In this document: piece by piece, positions 55,014 to 62,008 of the stretch
Position numbering within the stretch: the stretch's first letter is position 1
How the letters are laid out: each line of letters opens with the position of its first letter
From: an uncultured Phycisphaerales bacterium
GTDB taxonomy: Bacteria; Planctomycetota; Phycisphaerae; Tepidisphaerales; Tepidisphaeraceae
Reading direction: 5' to 3'
DNA: 64,000 nucleotides
Assembly: GCA_963755915.1 (NCBI GenBank)
Contig: CAVWLP010000002.1
Location: forward strand, 4,128,001-4,192,000
Notes under the pieces: generated by a model
What the model was told of the DNA's origin: nothing
The model's input: only the letters and a program-made list of their open reading frames with translations
Databases searched by the model: none
Position numbers and translations under genes: made by a program

Positions 55014-55241
55014 ATGAAACCGAAAAAGATGGGACGCCCAAGGAAGAAATCGGATGCCGTGAAAAGCTCTTGGTTAGAGGTTCGGTGCGAGGAATCAGAA
55101 CGCGAGGCGTTCCGGGCAGCGGCGGAAGCCCAAGGGCTGGGGATGAGTGCGTGGATTCGCCAATGCCTGCGCCGTGCGGCCCGTAAAGAACTTGAGGATT
55201 TAAATCTGCCGGTTGCATTTTTGGATCGTCTATCGGCTTAA
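55014..55241 (+). CDS. Ribbon-helix-helix (CopG/MobC-like) regulator, 75 aa
   Basis: MGRPRKK...LEVRCEESEREAFRAAAEAQGLGMSAWIR. Confidence 0.75.
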   Translation: MKPKKMGRPRKKSDAVKSSWLEVRCEESEREAFRAAAEAQGLGMSAWIRQCLRRAARKELEDLNLPVAFLDRLSA

Positions 55242-55319
55242 CCGAATGTTCCAAGCCATGAAAAGAATCCCAAGCAAAAATCCAACGACAAAAGCAATCG
55301 CAATTACTCCAGCGATCAA

Positions 55320-56633
55320 TTGAGATTGGGGCCAACCTTGCCTTTTGATATTCATCGCTTTTCCTCAGAAACCCTTTGGGGCGTGATCGTTTTCGGGCTT
55401 ATTCTCCTCTTTGCTGGTCTCGCATTGGTGGGAATGAGGCCGTGGTGGGCTGGCTATATTACTGTGATACTGATCGTAGACCTCGGCATCTTCGTTTTGT
55501 TTGCATATTTGGACCCCAAGGCCCATGCGCCCAGCGTCACGCCTATATCGTTTTCTGCCACGGCCAAATCGGTGACTCTCCCGCCCCCGGAAGCGGGCTG
55601 GAGATTCATTCGGTACTCTTACGTCGATTTGGACTCTGTAGGAGCCAAAAGGCGACACTTTGTCTCCGCTGCACTTTACCTGAATGTTGTGAATATTGGA
55701 ACGTCGCCCCTTACGATCCAAAATTATTGGATTGAACTCCGACCGAAAAATGGTAGTCACCAACTGCTTGATTCCGTTCCGATTGAATCTAAAAATGTTG
55801 ATCTTTATAGAGACGTGACCCCGGAGGAGATTGCGTCGATCAAGGCGAACAATCCGGACTTCGCATACATTCCGAACGCCCAACGTAAGGTGACGTTGAC
55901 CGATAAGCCGTTTAATACCGCGATAAATAATCAACCGATTGGTCCGGGCGATACGGCCAGTGGTTGGGTCTTCCTTGTTCTTAACGGGCCCACACAACCC
56001 CTCTGGGACTTTTGGTTGTGTATCCAGCCGACTGACGGAGAAGAGGTCGATGAACCGATTGCGCTTCCCAATCCACAGGAGAATCGCCCATTGTCTCCGC
56101 AGCTTGAGGTCACCGCGACTTTTCCAATTGAAGACTTGCGACAGATTCCGGTCGTAAACCAACTCGACATTTACGATGTTCCGAGGACGCTCGGAAATCA
56201 TCGCGCCGAACTTATTTCCGCGATAAATTTGCCGGAATTTCGAGGCCAGAAGATCTCGATTGGTTCTGCTCCTAATTCGGAGTGCCAGAATTTTGCATCG
56301 GAGCTTCTCGCTGCACTTAAAGACGGAGGATGGGATGCCACCAATCAGAGCTTTGTGGTGCCACCAGGTCGCGTTGGCGTAAATCTCTGGATTAGCGCTG
56401 CGGTCATCAATATGCCGATAGCTCCAAGCGCCACTGCCTTCCAAACCTTTTTGTACAAATATGGATACACGCAGGATACGACCCAAATTAATGGGTATGC
56501 TGGCATTCCTGCCGCAGAACTCAGGCTTTATGTTTATCCCGTGCTGCCCCAACTTCAACCCGCGCACCCAAACGCCGCCCGTAACAACGCCGTAGTACCG
56601 AGGTCAGTGATTCGTCTTCGTCCCATCGCTTAG
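55320..56633 (+). CDS. Cargo 1: membrane-anchored hypothetical protein
   Basis: 437-aa ORF, two N-terminal TM helices, visibly lower GC; start uncertain. Confidence 0.7.
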   Translation: MRLGPTLPFDIHRFSSETLWGVIVFGLILLFAGLALVGMRPWWAGYITVILIVDLGIFVLFAYLDPKAHAPSVTPISFSATAKSVTLPPPEAGWRFIRYSYVDLDSVGAKRRHFVSAALYLNVVNIGTSPLTIQNYWIELRPKNGSHQLLDSVPIESKNVDLYRDVTPEEIASIKANNPDFAYIPNAQRKVTLTDKPFNTAINNQPIGPGDTASGWVFLVLNGPTQPLWDFWLCIQPTDGEEVDEPIALPNPQENRPLSPQLEVTATFPIEDLRQIPVVNQLDIYDVPRTLGNHRAELISAINLPEFRGQKISIGSAPNSECQNFASELLAALKDGGWDATNQSFVVPPGRVGVNLWISAAVINMPIAPSATAFQTFLYKYGYTQDTTQINGYAGIPAAELRLYVYPVLPQLQPAHPNAARNNAVVPRSVIRLRPIA

Positions 56634-56771
56634 CTTGCCACCGATGATCCTCTCCACCATCGCCAGTGATTGCTGGGCGAAGTCCGGCGTCTCGCGACGG
56701 CGCTTGGGTTTGGGTTTGGGTTTGGACTTCTTCTTTGACTTGGCTTTCGATTTCCGTACTTTCGCTGGCAT
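56604..56771 (-). CDS. Small Lys-rich protein, 55 aa (absent from the ORF track)
   Basis: MPAKVRKSKAKSKKKSKPKPKPKRRRETPDFAQQSLAMVERIIGGKLSDGTKTNH; TTGACA -35 at 56802-56807; C-terminal half conserved at 57947-58030. Confidence 0.7.
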   Translation of the reverse strand: MPAKVRKSKAKSKKKSKPKPKPKRRRETPDFAQQSLAMVERIIGGKLSDGTKTNH

Positions 56772-57216
56772 ACGGAGAATCTTTGCAGGTAATCCCCCTC
56801 ATGTCAATGTCCCTCCAAAATGTGGACACCGCAAACGATACCAGTACCAGTTTCGTGGTACTGGTATCATTTGAGTAAATCGAAATGCGCAAAGAGCTTG
56901 AGGATTTGAATCTGCCGGTGGCGTTTCTGGAAAGGTTATCGGCGTAACCGCGCAAAGCCATTCCAAGGCGAAACTAATGCGGGCAAGCCCGAAATCCCAT
57001 AGGCTCAGAACGAAGGATCGTTCCAGTAACGAAGTAAAACGCATCCTTCGCGATCCTCGCGTGACGCTGGCAGTGGAAGCAGTGCGGGGCCTAAATGTTT
57101 TTCGGTGGCTGGTGGGAATCTGTGAGGCCATCGGCTTAACGCTTCCCCAAATATTTCCCGACCCTAAATGCGAAGATCATCGAAAAGAGCCACGTGTTGA
57201 TAACGACCATTTCGCG

Positions 57217-57972
57217 ATGCCCGATACCTCGGAAGATCGGAAAATCGAGCGTGGAGATAGGCAAATCTACTGGCTCAAGCGAGGCAGCCATGCGACATTC
57301 GCTGTGGCGATAGTGTGCAATATCTATGGTCCGCTTAATCCCGACATAAACACAAGCGCATCGGTCATTGAGGGCATCTTCCTCGGTGTGTGCCTTATCT
57401 TCGAAATACTGGCAGCGTGGCGTGAGAAACAAATTAGTCGGCTTCGCGAACAGCGCCAAAACAAAAAAGATCAAGCACACGCAGCCGAGACGAAGTCGCT
57501 GCGTAGCGAGATCGCCGCAACTTCTAAGACGCTTGAAGAATCGAAGGCCGGACGATACGTGGACCTGGAAATGCGAAAAAAAATCAAAGAAGTGCTTTCT
57601 AAGTACATCGCGCAAAAGCAGGACTATATTGTTCGCGTTTACGTAAAAGACGCGGAGGCTCTGGGTTTTGCCGCCGACATAGATGAGACTCTTAGAGACT
57701 GCGGCTGGGAAGGCGAATCCGATCCGACGTTCAACAATCCGGATTTCGACAGAGGGGTTTCTATGTCCTAACAATTGGCCGACATGATAACTGCCGGGCC
57801 GGGCGGCAGGCCGATATATAGCCCTCCCGGTTACGCTCTGAAAGAGGCATTTGAAAAAGTTGGAATAAAGGTGTCCGCAATGCCAGTCTGGCGCGACGAA
57901 AGCGTCCCCTCGCACCACGTTGCGATCAACGTGGCGCAAAGCCCTACTAACGGCGTCTGGTCCCGTTGCTGA
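57217..57972 (+). pseudogene. Cargo 2: membrane protein split by an in-frame TAA (57769-57771)
   Basis: ORFs 56977-57771 and 57775-57972 are in the same frame; two TM segments, coiled coil, DAEALGFAADIDETLRDCGW domain. Confidence 0.65.
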
Positions 57973-58030
57973 GTTTCCCCCCGATAACCCTCTCCACCAT
58001 CGCCAGCGATTGCTGGGCGAAGTCCGGCGC
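57947..58030 (-). pseudogene. Remnant of the small basic protein gene
   Basis: PDFAQQSLAMVERVIGGKLSNGT; 5' half replaced by a TTCGTCATTCGGGCATTCGG-type repeat. Confidence 0.7.
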
Positions 58031-58459
58031 GGGACACCCTTCGTCATTCGGGCATTCGGATTTGACCTGTCCTCGGCGCTGGGATTCGTCATTAAAGATT
58101 GAAACCACGGCCTCTGGCCGTGGACGCGAATAGGCTCTGCCGTTCCGGCGTGAACAACGTCTGCAAGTGAAAATGGTCCTCCGACCTTGAAGCCGGTTGG
58201 CCTTGGAAGGAGAGCCATATGCACGAATTCGAAGAGGTTTTCGATGCGCACACCCAAGCGGCCGAACACTGACCGTCTCTGGCACGGGAGTCGATGATGC
58301 CGTCGTTTGACCATCATGGCAAGGTGCGCTCAACGCCCCCCTTGGGGGGCATCCTGATACCACCCCCTATGGGGGTGGAGACTCATTCTGGTTTCGGAAT
58401 TCGGGTTTCCAGAGACCCTGGTTTCGGAATTCGGATTCCCCCCTGTTATATTTCCCCCC

Positions 58460-59542
58460 GTGACCATCACCGCCTATATCCCCTGCCACAACAACGAAAA
58501 AACCGTCAACGAAACCGCCGCCGCATTACGCAACCAAACCCGCCCGGCCGATCAATATCTCTTCATCAACGACCGCTGCACCGATCACAGTCCCCAGATC
58601 GCCCAGGAAAACGGATTTCAAGTCCTCGACCTAACCGGCTCGATGGGCCTCGGCGCCGGCCGTAACCTGGCCCTGCGAACCTGCACCAGCGAAATCCTCC
58701 TCGGCCTAGACGCCGACGTTGTCCCCGCCCAGGACTATATCGAAAAAATGCACGATGCCTTCGCCCGCAACCCCGACAAGGCCGCCATTGGCGGCCGCCT
58801 CGACGAAAAATATACCGACTCCCTCCCCGACCTCTGGCGAAGCATCCACATGCCCCAGCATCACGGCGACGCCGAGCAAATCGACCCGCGCCTGCTCTAC
58901 GGCGCCACCATGGCCTGCCGGGTCGATCCCGTCCGCCGCATCGGCGGCTGGGACATACGCTGCATCGCCAGCTTCGACGACCTCAACCTCTGCAACCGCC
59001 TCCGCCAGGCCGGCTTTCATCTCTTGTACACGCCCACCTGCCGCGCCTGGCACATTCGCCGCGACACGCTCGATTCCGTCCTACGCAGTTTCCACAACTG
59101 GCAGAGTTTCGAATACGAGCCCCCACCCCCGGACCTCATCCCTTGGCTGCACGACCGCATTTCGAAAATCTGGCGGGCCTATCGCTTTATGCGCGTCCGC
59201 GAGATCGATCACCCCGCCCTATCGGCAATCACCCTGCTGATGCCCTGGTCCTGCATGATTCGCGACATATTCGCCCTGCGGAAATCGGCACGATTCTTTG
59301 CCGACCCCACACCCCTGATTCACCTGGCCGGCGAAGTTTTCACGCGCTATGGAGCCCCGCAAAAGCTCGTCGCCGCCATTCAGACCTGGTTGTCCAGGCT
59401 TATTGCCACCCTGGAGCAAAACCCCGGCTGGCCGGCCCTGAATTCCGCAATCACCGACATCGCCCGCCATTACGCCTTCGAATCGATCCCCGACGCAGCC
59501 TATTGGCGCAACTGCGAAAGCGGCTCCCACCTGTTTGATTGA
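58460..59542 (+). CDS. Glycosyltransferase family 2
   Basis: YIPCHNNE, INDRCTD.S, GRNLAL, LDAD, IGGWD. Confidence 0.88.
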   Translation: MTITAYIPCHNNEKTVNETAAALRNQTRPADQYLFINDRCTDHSPQIAQENGFQVLDLTGSMGLGAGRNLALRTCTSEILLGLDADVVPAQDYIEKMHDAFARNPDKAAIGGRLDEKYTDSLPDLWRSIHMPQHHGDAEQIDPRLLYGATMACRVDPVRRIGGWDIRCIASFDDLNLCNRLRQAGFHLLYTPTCRAWHIRRDTLDSVLRSFHNWQSFEYEPPPPDLIPWLHDRISKIWRAYRFMRVREIDHPALSAITLLMPWSCMIRDIFALRKSARFFADPTPLIHLAGEVFTRYGAPQKLVAAIQTWLSRLIATLEQNPGWPALNSAITDIARHYAFESIPDAAYWRNCESGSHLFD

Positions 59543-60111
59543 TCCAGCATCGCCCCTGTCAGATTCTTTGCATTCTGCTCAATCGCGAAAATAAAATCCC
59601 CGGATTTTTGCAAAAATAGGTACAAAACGTGCACTTCCGGACCTGTATATAGAGGCGTAATGTTTCTTCTGCCGGAGGGTCTATGCCCGCTCGCGTTAAA
59701 TCTGAAATCTCAAATTTCAAATCCCCACCCCCCTGCCCAAAAATTGGGGAATCGTGCGGAATCGACTGAAATCGTTTCCCATGTCCCATTCTCGCGAAAA
59801 GTGAGATAATGTGAGATAAAGTGGGAGCTCAAAAATGGGTGCTGGGTTTCCTCCCCGAACGCCCACGGCGCCGCCGTGGGGAATTCGTATTTCGAGACGC
59901 AACCTAACCGCAAACTCTTCAGCGCCCTGCCCCGATCCCCAAATTCTCCCCGTGTAGCTGCCATGCTTGACTTCGGTGAGCTATGTCGAACCGCACGGCG
60001 CTTTGCGACCGCCCTGAAGAACGATCGCCCCTTCTGACATTTCACCTTTTAGCCCCCCACCGTTTGCGATTATACTTAAATCGACATTCCAAAAACCCCC
60101 AGGAGCCCCAA

Positions 60112-60522
60112 ATGGAAATCCAACCCTACCTCTTCCTCGACGGCCGCTGTGAAGAGGCCATCGAATTTTATCGCTCCGCCATCGGCGCCAAAAACATCCG
60201 CCTCGTCCGCTTCAAGGACAACCCCGAACCCAACCCGGGCATGACCCCTCCAGGCTCCGAAAACAAAATCATGCACGCCGCCATCGAAATCGGAAAATCC
60301 ACCCTCCTCCTTTCCGATGGCCGCTGCACCGGAAAACCAAAACTCGACGGCTTCGCCCTTTCACTCTCCGCCGACACCGAAGCAGATGCCGACCGCCTCT
60401 TCAACGCCCTCGCTCAGGGCGGAAAAATCCAGATGCCCCTCGGCAAAACATTCTTTTCCCCCCGCTTCGGCATGGTCGCCGACCAGTTCGGCGTAATGTG
60501 GATGGTCATCGTCCAGCGTTGA
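60112..60522 (+). CDS. VOC family protein (PhnB-like)
   Basis: IQPYLFLDGRCEEAIEFY, KIMHA, RFGMVADQFGVMWMV; AGGAG RBS. Confidence 0.9.
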   Translation: MEIQPYLFLDGRCEEAIEFYRSAIGAKNIRLVRFKDNPEPNPGMTPPGSENKIMHAAIEIGKSTLLLSDGRCTGKPKLDGFALSLSADTEADADRLFNALAQGGKIQMPLGKTFFSPRFGMVADQFGVMWMVIVQR

Positions 60523-60543
60523 ACAATTTCCCGGGAGCCTTTC

Positions 60544-61659
60544 ATGAGCCGCGTCCGCGTTCTGGTCGGAACTCGCAAGGGGGCCTTCATCCTCACCGCC
60601 GACGGCAAGCGCGATCGCTGGGACGTCGCCGGCCCCTTCTTCGGCGGCTGGCAGATCTATCACCTCAAGGGCTCCCCCGCCGACCCAAATCGAATTTACG
60701 CCTCCCAGTCAAACGACTGGTTCGGCCAGCAGATGCAGCGCTCCGACGACGGCGGCAAAACCTGGCAACCCGTGGGAAACAAATTCGCCTACGACGGCTC
60801 CGCCGGCACCCACCAGTGGTACGACGGCACCCCCCGCCCCTGGGAATTCAAACGCGTCTGGCACCTCGAGCCTTCCCTCAGCCACCCGGACATCGTTTAC
60901 GCCGGTGTAGAAGACGCCGCCATCTTCCGCTCCACCGACGCCGGAAAATCCTGGCACGAACTCCCCGGCCTTCGTCAGCACGGCACCGGCCCCAAATGGC
61001 AGCCCGGCGCGGGTGGAATGTGTCTGCACACCATTCTCATCGACCCGATCAATCCCAACCGCCTCTTCATCGCCATCTCAGCCGCAGGCGCTTTCCGATC
61101 CGAAGATGCCGGCCAAACCTGGCAGCCCATCAATCAGGGCCTCCACTCCGAATACATTCCTAATCCCACCGCCGAAGTCGGCCACTGCGTCCACCGCATC
61201 GCGTTTCACCCCTCCCGGCCCGACGTCCTCTTCATGCAGAAGCACTGGGACGTCATGCGCAGCAACAATGCCGGCGATCTCTGGACCGAGATCAGCGGAA
61301 ACCTCCCCACCGATTTTGGCTTCGTCATCGACGTCCACGCCCACGAGCCCGAAACGGTTTACGTCGTCCCGATCAAGAGCGACGCCGAGCATTATCCGCC
61401 GGACGGACAACTGCGCGTCTACCGCAGCCGCAAGGGCGGCAACGAGTGGGAAGCCCTGACCAACGGCCTCCCCCAGCGCGACTGCTACGTCAACGTCCTC
61501 CGCGACGCCATGGCCGTCGACACTCTCGATCCCTGCGGCGTCTATTTCGGCACCACCGGCGGCCAAGTCTACGTCTCCCCCACCGCCGGCGACGATTGGA
61601 TCCCCATCGTCCGCGATCTTCCCTCCGTCGTTTCCGTGGAAGTGCAGACACTCTCATGA
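60544..61659 (+). CDS. BNR/Asp-box beta-propeller protein (exo-alpha-sialidase-like), no signal peptide
   Basis: [10 protein letters not shown], repeated RSxDxGxxW boxes, [10 protein letters not shown]. Confidence 0.85.
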   Translation: MSRVRVLVGTRKGAFILTADGKRDRWDVAGPFFGGWQIYHLKGSPADPNRIYASQSNDWFGQQMQRSDDGGKTWQPVGNKFAYDGSAGTHQWYDGTPRPWEFKRVWHLEPSLSHPDIVYAGVEDAAIFRSTDAGKSWHELPGLRQHGTGPKWQPGAGGMCLHTILIDPINPNRLFIAISAAGAFRSEDAGQTWQPINQGLHSEYIPNPTAEVGHCVHRIAFHPSRPDVLFMQKHWDVMRSNNAGDLWTEISGNLPTDFGFVIDVHAHEPETVYVVPIKSDAEHYPPDGQLRVYRSRKGGNEWEALTNGLPQRDCYVNVLRDAMAVDTLDPCGVYFGTTGGQVYVSPTAGDDWIPIVRDLPSVVSVEVQTLS

Positions 61660-61957
61660 TCCGCGTCATCCTCCCCGCCCACCTCCGCGCCCTGGCGCAG
61701 ACCGACCGGGAAGTAACCATCGAAGTACCCGCGCCATTGACGCAGCGCACACTGTTGAATGCACTGGAATCAAAATACCCCATGCTCCGCGGCGCATCCG
61801 CGACCACGCCACCCAGAAGCGCCGCCCCATGCTCCGCTTCTTCGCCTGCGAAAACGACCTCTCCCACGACCCCCCCGACGCCCCCCTGCCCGACCAGGTC
61901 GCCGCCGGCAAAGAACCCTTCTATATCATCGGCGCCATCGCCGGCGGCCTCCCCTGA
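61656..61957 (+). CDS. MoaD/ThiS ubiquitin-like protein (frameshift ~61790)
   Basis: [14 protein letters not shown]...[10 protein letters not shown] / IRDH...[12 protein letters not shown]...[14 protein letters not shown] overlap with the upstream gene. Confidence 0.8.
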
Positions 61958-62008
61958 GGCAATTACCTTTCACACTTTCACACCTTCTCACTTTCACACC
62001 ATCCCACG

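Larger units (their letters stand above)
54096..56848 (-). mobile_element. Complete cargo-carrying IS1-like transposon (element 1), 2753 bp
   Basis: 26-bp imperfect IRs GGCACTGGTATCATTTGAGTAATCCA / GGTACTGGTATCGTTTGCGGTGTCCA (20/26); 8-bp direct repeat AGTTTCGT at 54088-54095 and 56849-56856. Confidence 0.9.
56857..58367 (-). mobile_element. Decayed, internally deleted relative of element 1 (element 2); right end tentative
   Basis: Starts with IR GGTACTGGTATCATTTGAGTAA (includes transposase ...LLK* codons) fused to regulator tail RKELEDLNLPVAFLERLSA* (56888-56947); possible degenerate right IR TGATACCACCCCC at 58355-58367, no TSD seen. Confidence 0.7.

Noticed and set aside
54931-55335. N-terminal extension of the 409-aa ORF 54106-55335
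   Set aside because: It is antisense to the RHH gene and promoters; transposase similarity and a matching promoter begin at ATG 54930.
54088-56882. AGTTTCGTGG(C/T)ACTGGTATCATTTGAGTAA direct repeat as a CRISPR repeat, attC or prophage att pair
   Set aside because: Only two copies 2.8 kb apart, with no cas or integrase gene; fully explained as TSD plus transposon IR.
55365-58317. Long antisense ORFs 55365-56567 and 57136-58317
   Set aside because: Shadows of the cargo genes, with no recognisable motifs.
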